In this document: in pieces, positions 15,519 to 24,320 of the stretch
Position numbering within the stretch: position 1 is the stretch's first letter
Layout of the letters: every line of letters begins with the position of its first letter
Source: a virus
Taxonomy: Duplodnaviria; Caudoviricetes
DNA: 39,124 nucleotides
Strand: one strand, 5' to 3'
Virus record (IMG/VR): IMGVR_UViG_3300030372_005208
Coordinates: 1-39,124 of that record
Translations under genes and position numbers: made by a program
The notes under the pieces: generated by a model
Seen by the model: only the letters and a program-made list of their open reading frames with translations
The model's database searches: none
Told to the model about the DNA's origin: nothing

Positions 15519-15812
15519 ATGGCAGACAGCACCGAGACCGAACACCGTCGCCTCGCGATCCTCAAGCACTTGGAGAGATCGTCTGAATTCACATCCAATG
15601 CGTCAATTCTGATCGATGTCGTGCGCGGCGTCGGCATCGCCTCGTCGGACGCGCAGATCCGAGGGGCGCTGGCCTGGTTGGATGAACAGGAGCTGATCGA
15701 GATGACTGATCACGGCCACGTTGTCATCGCGACCGCCACAGTGCGCGGCGCGGAAGTTGCGCGCGGCCTGGTCCAGCACCCCGGTGTAAAACGTCCAACG
15801 GCACGGCGCTGA
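15519..15812 (+). CDS. Mu gp26-like wHTH protein, copy 2
   Basis: RRLAIL..L, AWLDEQELI, AT.T.RG.EVARG...HPGVKRP. Confidence 0.8.
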   Translation: MADSTETEHRRLAILKHLERSSEFTSNASILIDVVRGVGIASSDAQIRGALAWLDEQELIEMTDHGHVVIATATVRGAEVARGLVQHPGVKRPTARR

Positions 15813-15813
15813 C

Positions 15814-16386
15814 ATGCCACCACCCCGCAAGATCGACCTCATACCGCAGGAGATCAGACTGCGCCTTCAGGACCTGCTAAAGGCGCGCGGCTTCTCTGAC
15901 TATGTCGCGGTAACCGAAGATCTGAACTTCTGGCTGGAAGAGGCCGGTCTTGAAATGCGCGTGGGCAAATCGGCGGTCCATTCCTTTGGCCAGGAATACG
16001 AGCAGATGGCGCGGGCCCAAGAAGAAGCATCCGCTTGGGCCGTGAGCTGGATGGAGGGCAACGGTCTTGAGGAAGAGGCTAAGCGTCATAATGTGCTGTT
16101 CCAGATGATCACCACGCTCGCTTTCAAGGTCATGAAGTCGGCGATGATGAAGGACGGCGATGAGATCGATCCCAAGGAACTGCACTTCCTGGGGAAGATG
16201 CTCAAGGACGTGATGAGCAGCTCCGGCATTCGCGAAAAGTTGACGGCAGATGAGCGCCTGCGGATTGCTAAGGAAGAACGCGCCAATGCGGCAGAGACCG
16301 CAGTCAAGGCTGCGCGGCAGGCGGGCATGTCCTCAGAGACGGCCGAGAAGATCAAAGCCGATATCCTGGGGGTTTCAAATGGGTGA
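15814..16386 (+). CDS. DUF3486 / Mu gp27-like putative terminase small subunit
   Basis: MPPPRKIDLIP.E.R..L, KSAVH.FG, GMS.ETA..I...ILG. Confidence 0.85.
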   Translation: MPPPRKIDLIPQEIRLRLQDLLKARGFSDYVAVTEDLNFWLEEAGLEMRVGKSAVHSFGQEYEQMARAQEEASAWAVSWMEGNGLEEEAKRHNVLFQMITTLAFKVMKSAMMKDGDEIDPKELHFLGKMLKDVMSSSGIREKLTADERLRIAKEERANAAETAVKAARQAGMSSETAEKIKADILGVSNG

Positions 16387-16702
16387 TCCAAGGGCACCAA
16401 AAGCCACCGGCCCACTGCGCGCAATCGACATGGTTGATTTTGATGCGTTCAAGAAGCACCGGCATCCCGGAAGCTACCACGTCGTTCCCGGAGACGCGCG
16501 CGGAGAATGGTTCTTCTGGTATTGCTGCCCCTGTGGCTGCGGCGTGATCGCCCACATTACGGTCGGCGCAAACTTCAAACCACCACAAAGCCCCAGTTGG
16601 AACTGGAACGTCTCCAAGACTGAACCGACGTTGACGCCCTCGGTCCATCACAAAGGGCACTGGCACGGCTGGTTGACCGACGGCTATTGGAGGTCGGTAT
16701 GA
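16379..16702 (+). CDS. DUF6527-like Cys/His-rich protein
   Basis: CCPCGCG...W.WN.....PTLTPSV....HWHGWLTDG.W; start reassigned to ATG 16379. Confidence 0.72.
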   Translation: MGDPRAPKATGPLRAIDMVDFDAFKKHRHPGSYHVVPGDARGEWFFWYCCPCGCGVIAHITVGANFKPPQSPSWNWNVSKTEPTLTPSVHHKGHWHGWLTDGYWRSV

Positions 16703-17019
16703 CGTTGCCACGCTTCAAGAGCGATGAAATCCGAGGTTTCGAAGTTCACGTCGATGACATGCTTGGTCTTCTCAGCGTCTCTCACGCTGGCGCGATCAGC
16801 TGGGACGATCTGCAATACATCAAGAACATGGTCTGGGGCGAGCAGATCCGGGCAATTGAGATCTACCCGGCGCAAGCCGATGTCGTGAATTCGCGCAACA
16901 TGCGCCATCTCTGGCGGCTGGGTATCCATGATTTTTGCCCGGACCTGTTGGGCAATGATGCTGGTCAGGACGGAATTCAGGCGCGACACGCTGTTGCCTG
17001 GGCGGAGGCGCGCGGCTGA
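16699..17019 (+). CDS. Conserved phage protein (DUF7694-like)
   Basis: ISWDDLQ.IKN.V.G....AIEIYP....VVN..NMRHLW; GGAGG RBS. Confidence 0.7.
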   Translation: MTLPRFKSDEIRGFEVHVDDMLGLLSVSHAGAISWDDLQYIKNMVWGEQIRAIEIYPAQADVVNSRNMRHLWRLGIHDFCPDLLGNDAGQDGIQARHAVAWAEARG

Positions 17020-17294
17020 TGGCTACTCCGGCTGAAATTGCCAACGACATGGTGGCACATGCTGACTACTGGCAGAAACGCGACCGCAAGACCTTTGAGG
17101 CCTGCGCCGATGCCGCGCGGGTCATCCGAATGTTTCTTGCTGGGCAGCACGTCGATGGGCGCACCTACTACGGATTGCATCGACGGCTGCTTGATCTGAC
17201 CTCTCGAACCCATGCTGCCAGGGTTGTGGGAGCACCCAATTTTGATCGAGCCCTGCAGATTTTGCAGCAGCTGCGCGCGGAGGCCACGAGATGA
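17019..17294 (+). CDS. Hypothetical protein (91 aa)
   Basis: TGATG/ATGA coupled; GGAGG RBS. Confidence 0.7.
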   Translation: MATPAEIANDMVAHADYWQKRDRKTFEACADAARVIRMFLAGQHVDGRTYYGLHRRLLDLTSRTHAARVVGAPNFDRALQILQQLRAEATR

Positions 17295-18988
17295 CCGCGC
17301 CAATCTCGAAAGCTGAATGGGAACGCCAGCGTCGGGAGGCGACTGATGTCATGCCTCAGCTGGTGGGCAGCGTTGGCTTGCCAAAGGTTCTTCTGCCATA
17401 TCAGGCCAAGACCGTTGGGTTGCTCGACACGGTGTCAACGAAGGTGCTGTTCGTCGAAAAGTCGCGCCGGATCGGGCTGACATGGGCCTTGGCAGCCTAT
17501 GCTGTGCTGAGGGCAGCACGGGCGAAGTCAGCACGCGGCATGGACGCGATGTATATCTCCTACTCCCAAGAGATGACCCGCGAGTTCGTGGATGCCTGCG
17601 CGATGTGGGCCCGCGCGTTCAACATCGCTGCTTCCGCCATCGAGGACGGATTGTTCGAAGAAGGCGATGATGACGGCGACAAGTCGATCCAGACGTTCCG
17701 CATCCGCTTTGCATCCGGCTACCAGATCAAGGCGCTCAGCTCGGCACCGCGTGGCTTGCGCGGCAAAGAGGGTGTGATCATCATCGATGAGGCTGCTTTC
17801 GTCGATAGCCTGGGCGAATTGATCAAGGCTGCAATGGCGTTTCTGATCTGGGGCGGTCAGGTCATCGTCTGCTCGACGCATGATGGCGCGGACAATCCTT
17901 TCAATGAAAACGTCCAGGACATTCTTGGCGGCCGTCTTCCCTATGAGCACCTGCGCATCGATCTGGATGATGCGCTAACTGATGGCCTCTATGAGCGGAT
18001 CTGCCTTGTGGGCGGCAACACCTGGTCGGCAGCGGGGGAAGCACAATGGCGTCAGGATCTGATCGACTTCTACGGCGATGGTGCCGATGAAGAATTGTTC
18101 TGCATTCCGTCCCTCAGCTCTGGTGCTTGGTTGCCCGCCCCTTTGATCGAAGCGCGCATGACAGCAACGGCTCCGGTTCTGCGACTGGAATTGCCCGGCG
18201 ACTATCTGCACATGAGCGACCTGCAGCAAAAGGCGCTGATGGCACCATTCCTCGAAGAGCTTGAGGAGGTCCTTGGACTGCTTGATATGGATTTGCGCTA
18301 TGCGGCCGGGTTCGACTTTGCGCGCGTCGCGGATCTGAGCGTCATGCCTGTGCTGGCGATCGAGCAGAACCTGAAGCGGCGTGAAGTGTTCTCGATCGAA
18401 ATGCGCAATGTGCCAGGGGATGAGCAAAAGCTGGTTGTTGGCATGGTGCTGGAAAAGCTGCGTGAACGGTTGCTAGGCGCTGCCTTCGACGCCACAGGCA
18501 TGGGTTGGACCGTGGCTGAAGACATGGGGCGTAAGTTCGGCCTTCGTGAGGCAGAGGACGGCTCAGGTCTGATCTGGGCGATCAAGTTCACAGAGGACTG
18601 GTACCGGATCAACATGCCGCCCCTCAAAACGGCCTTTGAAGACGACATGATCGCCATCGGTGCCGACGAGGACCATCTGAGCGATTTGCGCTCGGTCAAG
18701 CTCGTCCGTGGCATTCCCCGTGTCCCTGCTATCCGGACCAACGAAAAGGGCGAGGCAAAGGACAAGAAGGGCAAGAAGCGGCACGGCGACTATGCTATCG
18801 GTCTTGCCTTGGCGCATTTTGCGGCGCGCATGCGGTGGGTCGAATACGGCTACCGCGCCGCCAGTTCGGGTTTGCGCCACCAACGTGCTGAAGGCCGCAT
18901 GCGCGATACGCCCAGCAACGATGACGGGTTGGGGCGTAGGAATGCTTTTGATGGCCCGCTTGGGGCAAGACTGAGGGGGAGTGTCTGA
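17291..18988 (+). CDS. terL: Terminase large subunit (Mu gp28-like)
   Basis: LLPYQ, EKSRRIGLTW, IIDEAAF, G.DFAR..D.SV, DATGMG, RHGD. Confidence 0.95.
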   Translation: MTAPISKAEWERQRREATDVMPQLVGSVGLPKVLLPYQAKTVGLLDTVSTKVLFVEKSRRIGLTWALAAYAVLRAARAKSARGMDAMYISYSQEMTREFVDACAMWARAFNIAASAIEDGLFEEGDDDGDKSIQTFRIRFASGYQIKALSSAPRGLRGKEGVIIIDEAAFVDSLGELIKAAMAFLIWGGQVIVCSTHDGADNPFNENVQDILGGRLPYEHLRIDLDDALTDGLYERICLVGGNTWSAAGEAQWRQDLIDFYGDGADEELFCIPSLSSGAWLPAPLIEARMTATAPVLRLELPGDYLHMSDLQQKALMAPFLEELEEVLGLLDMDLRYAAGFDFARVADLSVMPVLAIEQNLKRREVFSIEMRNVPGDEQKLVVGMVLEKLRERLLGAAFDATGMGWTVAEDMGRKFGLREAEDGSGLIWAIKFTEDWYRINMPPLKTAFEDDMIAIGADEDHLSDLRSVKLVRGIPRVPAIRTNEKGEAKDKKGKKRHGDYAIGLALAHFAARMRWVEYGYRAASSGLRHQRAEGRMRDTPSNDDGLGRRNAFDGPLGARLRGSV

Positions 18989-19228
18989 TGCTGCGGTTCA
19001 TCGCAGCCATATGGATACTGATCAGATTGATCCACAAGGCTCGGCCGCCTCCATTGAGTTCTTCAGCATACGGTTTGCCTGTTCGACCGGTGCGCTATGC
19101 GGAGACAGACAGGTTTGGGAGCCGCACATGTTGCCGCTGCAGTCTGGTTGCAGGTCTTGGCGGGTAAGGTGCCCAAATACAGAACACCGGGGTTCCGCAT
19201 AGCCCCGGTTATTTCAAGGAGCCTTCAA

Positions 19229-20872
19229 ATGGCAAACAAGCCTGTTTTACTCGACCGCTGGGGCCAACCCGTCAAGCGCGCCGCCCTGACCGAAGAAGTT
19301 GCCGCGGCCACACTCGGCGGCGTGCGGTCCCCGCTGTCCGGTCATCCAGGCGACGGGCTGAACCCCATTCGCCTGGCGAACATCCTGCGCGAAGCGGACC
19401 AGGGCGACCCGGTGCGCTATCTTGAGCTGGCAGAGGTCATTGAGGAGCGCGATCCCCATTATCTTGGTGTGCTTGGCACACGCCGCCGGTCGGTAAGCCA
19501 GATCGAGATCACGGTCGAAGCAGCCTCGGACGAAGCCTTCGATGTCGAGTTGGCCAACATGGTGCGCGAATGGCTGGATCGTGACGAGCTGAGTGATGAG
19601 CTCTTCGATATTCTGGACAGCATCGGTAAGGGCTACTCTTTCACAGAAATCATCTGGGACACATCGGAGGGCCAGTGGCAGCCAGAGCGCCTGGAATGGC
19701 GCGACCCGCGCTGGTTCCGGTTTGACCGCGTCAATCTGGCCACTCCGATGAAGCTCGATGACCACGGCCAAGAGGTTCCGATCGAGGCGTTCAAGTTCAT
19801 CTATGCCAACGTGAAGGCCAAGTCAGGTCTTGCTTTGCGGTCAGGTCTTGCGCGGGTCGCCATGTGGGGCTGGATGTTCAAGGCCTTCACGCAGCGCGAC
19901 TGGGCCATCTTCAGCCAGACATATGGTCAGCCGTTGCGGTTGGGAAAATGGGGGGCTGGAGCCAGCGAAGCAGACAAGAACACGCTTTTTGATGCCGTCG
20001 CGAATATCGCAGGGGATTGCGCCGCGATTATTCCCGAGAGCATGTCGATCGACTTTGTTGAAACCAGCAATGTCGGAGCTTCGGCCGATCTTTACGAAAA
20101 GCGCGCCGATTGGCTGGACAAGCAGATCTCGAAGGCGGTGCTGGGTCAGACGGCAACAACTGATGCTGTCACCGGTGGGCTTGGATCCGGCAAAGAGCAC
20201 CGTCAGGTCCAGGAAGACATCGAGCGCGCTGATGCCAATGCATTGGCGGCCATCCTGAACCGGGATCTGATCCGTCCTTGGATCCAGCTCGAGCACGGTC
20301 CCCAGAAGCGGTATCCAAGACTGAAAATCGGACGGCCGGAACCAGAAGACCTGAAGCAGATTGCCGATGCGCTCGGCGTGCTCGTTCCGATCGGGTTGCA
20401 GGTCAGCGAAAGCGAGATCCGCGCCAAGTTCGGATTTTCGGACCCTAAGCCGGGCGACCGGATCCTGATGGCGTCCAAGCCTGATGTCACCCTACCAGCC
20501 GCAACGGCCGGGGCCGCTGGGGCCGAAACCGCCCCTCAGAGCGAATTTGAATACCGTTTGAATACCCTTCCGCCCAAATCCGGCGTCCTTGCCCCTCAGG
20601 CGGAGCAATCGCCCTCAGAGGCGATTTCTGACGATGAACCGATAGACGCTCTGACAGCGCGGCTTCAGGAGGCTGCGCAGCCCGCTTTGGAAGCGATGAT
20701 TGCTCAGGTCGAAATCATGCTGGAGAGTGCAGGCTCGGTTGAGGAATTGCGCGAGATGTTCTTTGCGGCTTATCCCAATCTGGACGCCAGCGCTCTTGGC
20801 AATGCGATTGCCGATGCGATGGAGGCAGCGGATGCCGGTGGACGGGCGCTGGCGGTGACCACAAGTGGCTGA
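19229..20872 (+). CDS. Portal protein (Mu gp29 / DUF935)
   Basis: EERDPH, GYSFTEI.W, YGQPLRLGK, ISKAVLGQT; start ATG 19229 behind AAGGAG. Confidence 0.95.
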   Translation: MANKPVLLDRWGQPVKRAALTEEVAAATLGGVRSPLSGHPGDGLNPIRLANILREADQGDPVRYLELAEVIEERDPHYLGVLGTRRRSVSQIEITVEAASDEAFDVELANMVREWLDRDELSDELFDILDSIGKGYSFTEIIWDTSEGQWQPERLEWRDPRWFRFDRVNLATPMKLDDHGQEVPIEAFKFIYANVKAKSGLALRSGLARVAMWGWMFKAFTQRDWAIFSQTYGQPLRLGKWGAGASEADKNTLFDAVANIAGDCAAIIPESMSIDFVETSNVGASADLYEKRADWLDKQISKAVLGQTATTDAVTGGLGSGKEHRQVQEDIERADANALAAILNRDLIRPWIQLEHGPQKRYPRLKIGRPEPEDLKQIADALGVLVPIGLQVSESEIRAKFGFSDPKPGDRILMASKPDVTLPAATAGAAGAETAPQSEFEYRLNTLPPKSGVLAPQAEQSPSEAISDDEPIDALTARLQEAAQPALEAMIAQVEIMLESAGSVEELREMFFAAYPNLDASALGNAIADAMEAADAGGRALAVTTSG

Positions 20873-22028
20873 TGAGGTCCGCGCCACCTTTCGCCAACCG
20901 TTCAAGGAACAGGTCGCGGCCTTTCGGTTGAGGCTGGGTGATCTCGTTTCGACGTCGAGATGGGATGATATCTCCAAGGCCCAGCACGATCGTGCCTTCA
21001 TGGTGGCGGGTGCGGTGAAAGCCGATCTGCTGGCAGATCTTGGTGCTGCCGTGGATAAGGCGATCTCGCAAGGGACCGGATTGGAAGAGTTTCGCCGCGA
21101 CTTTCGCCAGATCGTGGAGCGCAACGGATGGCATGGCTGGACCGGCGAAGGCACCGCGAAAGGTGAGGCGTGGCGCACCAAGGTCATTTACAAGACGAAT
21201 ATGCTGACGACGATGGCAGCCGGCCGCCACGCGCAGCTCATCGACGGTAATTTTAAGTTCTGGGTCTACGAGCACAGTGGCGCAGCACATCCGCGCCTTG
21301 ATCACCTGTCTTGGAACGGGCTGATCCTCCCTTCAGATCATCCGTTCTGGGCAACGCACTATCCCCCAAACGGCTGGGGTTGCGGCTGCCGTGTTCGTGG
21401 GGCCCGCACTTTGGCAGGCGCAATCCGGGTGGGTGGAGATCCATCGAAGGTTCTTCCGGACGACTGGCAGGCAATTGATCCACGTACAGGCGTACCGAAC
21501 GGGATTGGTAAGGGGTGGGACTACGCGCCAGGGGCAACAGTCAGCCATATCGTCACCGCTCTGAAGCCAAAGGTATCCGACCTGCCGCGCCAACCCTCAA
21601 TCAACCTCATCCAGGATTGGCTATCAGGGCGGGGTTTTGAAAGCTGGATTAAAGATCCGATCAACGTGTGGCCACTCGCCAGATTGCAGACCAAAGACGC
21701 TGATCGCCTAAACCTAGTCAATCCAGTGGCTTGGTTGTCTGCAGAGACTATCGCGCGCCAGGGCCGTCGCTACCGCGACCTCACGCCACGCGACTATCAA
21801 TTGGCACAGACCGTCATCGACAAAGCGAGCCCGAATGTTGCCAAGCGGGGCAATACGCTGATCTTCCTTCAGCACGATACAAGCCAACCAGGGTATGTTC
21901 TGGTTCTGACGGCGACGGTCCAAAACGGTGAGCTCTATCTGACCAGTTTCCGCCGCCTGACCGAAGCTCAAGTCAAAGCAAACCGGCGTCTCGCCCCATT
22001 GCTCAATCAGGGGGGGGTGATGGGATGA
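20865..22028 (+). CDS. MuF (gp30) minor head protein with C-terminal PBECR-like extension
   Basis: AFMVAGA, IYKTN, HPRLDH..W.G......HPFW..HYPPNGWGC.C.V, GWDYAPG; about 140 extra residues ending YLTSFRR. Confidence 0.88.
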   Translation: MADEVRATFRQPFKEQVAAFRLRLGDLVSTSRWDDISKAQHDRAFMVAGAVKADLLADLGAAVDKAISQGTGLEEFRRDFRQIVERNGWHGWTGEGTAKGEAWRTKVIYKTNMLTTMAAGRHAQLIDGNFKFWVYEHSGAAHPRLDHLSWNGLILPSDHPFWATHYPPNGWGCGCRVRGARTLAGAIRVGGDPSKVLPDDWQAIDPRTGVPNGIGKGWDYAPGATVSHIVTALKPKVSDLPRQPSINLIQDWLSGRGFESWIKDPINVWPLARLQTKDADRLNLVNPVAWLSAETIARQGRRYRDLTPRDYQLAQTVIDKASPNVAKRGNTLIFLQHDTSQPGYVLVLTATVQNGELYLTSFRRLTEAQVKANRRLAPLLNQGGVMG

Positions 22029-22525
22029 TCACGGTCGAGCTGGAAGACGCAGACGTCGAACGGATCCTCGCCAGACTTTCTGCCAGCCTGTCTGACATGT
22101 CCGAGGTCATGAATGAAATTGGTGAGCAGCTCGAGTTCGAAACCGTAAAGCGCTTTGAAGACGGGGTCGCTCCGGACGGCACGCCATGGGCCCCGAAATC
22201 CCCGACGACGATCGCGGCCTATGAACGACGCGGCCAGACCGTCGATGTGCGGCCGCTATTTGGTCCCAATGCTGATGGGCAACCTCTGCGCACGAGCTTC
22301 TTTCGCGACTATGGTCCCGATTTTGTCGAATTGGGCACCAACAAGATCTACTCGTCCGTCATGCAGTTTGGCGCTGCCAGAGGTGCATTCGGTAGGGATG
22401 CACGTGGTGGCTCCATCCCTTGGGGAAACATCCCCGCGCGTCCCTTCCTCGGGATCTCTGATCAAGACCGTCTCAACATCGCCGCGATCGTTGAGGAATG
22501 GCTGGAGGATATCGTAGATGGATGA
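22025..22525 (+). CDS. Virion morphogenesis protein (Mu G / gp31)
   Basis: RFE...PDG.PW, GTN.IY...QFG, IPARPFLG. Confidence 0.92.
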   Translation: MITVELEDADVERILARLSASLSDMSEVMNEIGEQLEFETVKRFEDGVAPDGTPWAPKSPTTIAAYERRGQTVDVRPLFGPNADGQPLRTSFFRDYGPDFVELGTNKIYSSVMQFGAARGAFGRDARGGSIPWGNIPARPFLGISDQDRLNIAAIVEEWLEDIVDG

Positions 22526-22844
22526 GGCGCTAAAAAAACAGCAAACTAGTCTGTTGAAGTCAGTGGGTTTAGAGCTTGATATGCCACTCGACGAAGGGAT
22601 TGCCGATGCCGTGCACATTCTGCGGGCCGCTGGAATTGAGACGATCGAATCCTGCGAAGGAGGAGAAGGCCATCCGTTTCACGAGCCAACCATACGGCTC
22701 TGCGGCGGACCCGGCGAAGGGTTCCGAGCCTATGGCGTGGCTGTAAGGGCCGGGCTGCAGCCCAGAGCAATCGTGCGCATATGGACAGTTGATGATGGTG
22801 AGCTAACCGGCCCTTACTGGGACCTGATTTTCAGATCAGGCTAA
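22518..22844 (+). CDS. Hypothetical protein (D.GI..AV..L...G..T..SCEG motif)
   Basis: 108-aa ORF overlapping the G stop; GGAGG upstream. Confidence 0.7.
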   Translation: MDEALKKQQTSLLKSVGLELDMPLDEGIADAVHILRAAGIETIESCEGGEGHPFHEPTIRLCGGPGEGFRAYGVAVRAGLQPRAIVRIWTVDDGELTGPYWDLIFRSG

Positions 22845-22846
22845 GT

Positions 22847-23002
22847 TCACGAGAGCGTTTTGCAACGGCTGCACTTGGAGAGGCCCCCAGTCCCGGAAAC
22901 CTTGTTCTCACGTTCGATGTTGTTCCCCTCAGTGCATTGGTTGTTGTCATGGTAGACAGTAGTGCCAGGCTTTTTTGAATGAAATGGTGTAACTTTCGAC
23001 AT
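22847..23002 (-). CDS. Small Cys/His protein (51 aa), antisense moron; not in ORF track
   Basis: Manual translation MSKVTPFHSKKPGTTVYHDNNQCTEGNNIERENKVSGTGGLSKCSRCKTLS*; AAAGGAA RBS; stop abuts the convergent gene. Confidence 0.8.
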   Translation of the reverse strand: MSKVTPFHSKKPGTTVYHDNNQCTEGNNIERENKVSGTGGLSKCSRCKTLS

Positions 23003-23185
23003 GATCGTTCCTTTGAATAAGATTCGTGACCTTGGATAGTAATATCAGGATGACCACGCCTCATAGTTGAGTCAAGCACAGCGGTCTTTGGTAATCTGGC
23101 CCCAAGTGTTGGAACTATGAAACAGATTGACCGAAGCCGCCCGTCGCGCCTAGTCTGCCGTTAATTCCCGACATTATCTGACCCT

Positions 23186-23212
23186 CCCCGCAAGCGCTTG
23201 CGGATGTTTTGA
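23186..23212 (+). promoter_or_regulatory. Putative late-promoter activator site 2 (before protease I/capsid operon)
   Basis: 27/27 identical to 13184-13210. Confidence 0.8.
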
Positions 23213-23240
23213 GGCGTCTACCTGCGGCAATTATCGCTGC

Positions 23241-24320
23241 ATGAACGTAGCCCCTCAATTCACAGCGCTTATGAGTGCACAGGCTCTGCCCGATGTCGCA
23301 GTTCTTGGCGGTGCGCCCGAATGGATCCACCTGCTTCCTGCGGGCCTGATCCAGACAGGCGACAAGCGCGGTCCTTACCTCGCTGCGAACTTTGAGCAGA
23401 TCATTTCCGAGAGCTTCCTCCACGCCCCAAAACTCCCCATCGACATCAATCACGCCATCCACCTGCGCGCGCCAAAAGGCGAAGAAGCCCCAGCGTTCGG
23501 CTGGATTGTGGCCATGCAGGCGCGTGAAGACGGCCTATGGGGCAAGGCGGAGTGGACAACTGCTGGCGCGGAGCTGGTCACATCACGGGCATACCGGGGC
23601 ATCAGCCCCGTTATCCGGCACAGGGCAGACAAGACGGTCACGTCGATCGAATGCGTCAGCCTGGTCAATAAACCCAACCTGCGCGGGCTCACTGCGCTTC
23701 ATCAACAACAGGACATTCCCCCAATGGATTGGACGAAATTTCTGGCCGACATGCTCGGCCTGCCGGAGACGGCAACCGATGAGGAAATCAAAAAGGCGCT
23801 GAAGGGCAAGATGTCCGGTGGCGACGACAAGCCCGCTATGCAGTCGCAGATGTCCGAAATTGGGCTAGCCCTAGGCCTCAGTGCAGACAGTGCCCCGGCC
23901 GATATTCTGGTTGCTGCCCAGAGTGCTTCGAATGACCAGGGCGCAAACGAGACCATTGTCGCGCTGCAGACCGAAATCACCACCTTAGCAACCTCGCTGA
24001 ATGAGCTTCGCGATAACGGTGCCAAGACCGCAGCCACGACCTTTGTCGATGGTGCAATCAAGGCGGGCCGTGTTGGAGTGAAGCCGATGCGTGATCGCTA
24101 CATCTCAATGCATATGAAGGACGCCTCGGGGACCGAAGAGCTGATCGGCGCGATGCCTGTGCTCAGCGGCTCCGGCACTTCGATCATCGCACCTGCCCGC
24201 AAGGATGGTGAGCTCTCGCTGAACTCCGAGCAGCTGAGCATCGCCAAGATGCTGGGGCAGGATCCCAAAGACTATGCCGCCACGCTCGCTGAAGAGCAGG
24301 CCAAACTGGAGGACAACTGA
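23241..24320 (+). CDS. Capsid maturation protease I (Mu gp32) with C-terminal scaffold
   Basis: WIHLLPAG, PIDINHA, APA.GWI, GLWG..EWT, YRGISPV, SLVNKPNL. Confidence 0.93.
   Translation: MNVAPQFTALMSAQALPDVAVLGGAPEWIHLLPAGLIQTGDKRGPYLAANFEQIISESFLHAPKLPIDINHAIHLRAPKGEEAPAFGWIVAMQAREDGLWGKAEWTTAGAELVTSRAYRGISPVIRHRADKTVTSIECVSLVNKPNLRGLTALHQQQDIPPMDWTKFLADMLGLPETATDEEIKKALKGKMSGGDDKPAMQSQMSEIGLALGLSADSAPADILVAAQSASNDQGANETIVALQTEITTLATSLNELRDNGAKTAATTFVDGAIKAGRVGVKPMRDRYISMHMKDASGTEELIGAMPVLSGSGTSIIAPARKDGELSLNSEQLSIAKMLGQDPKDYAATLAEEQAKLEDN

Noticed and set aside
22831-23079. 82-aa minus-strand ORF from the track
   Set aside because: A different frame (22847-23002) has the RBS, a clean stop and a protein-like Cys/His pattern
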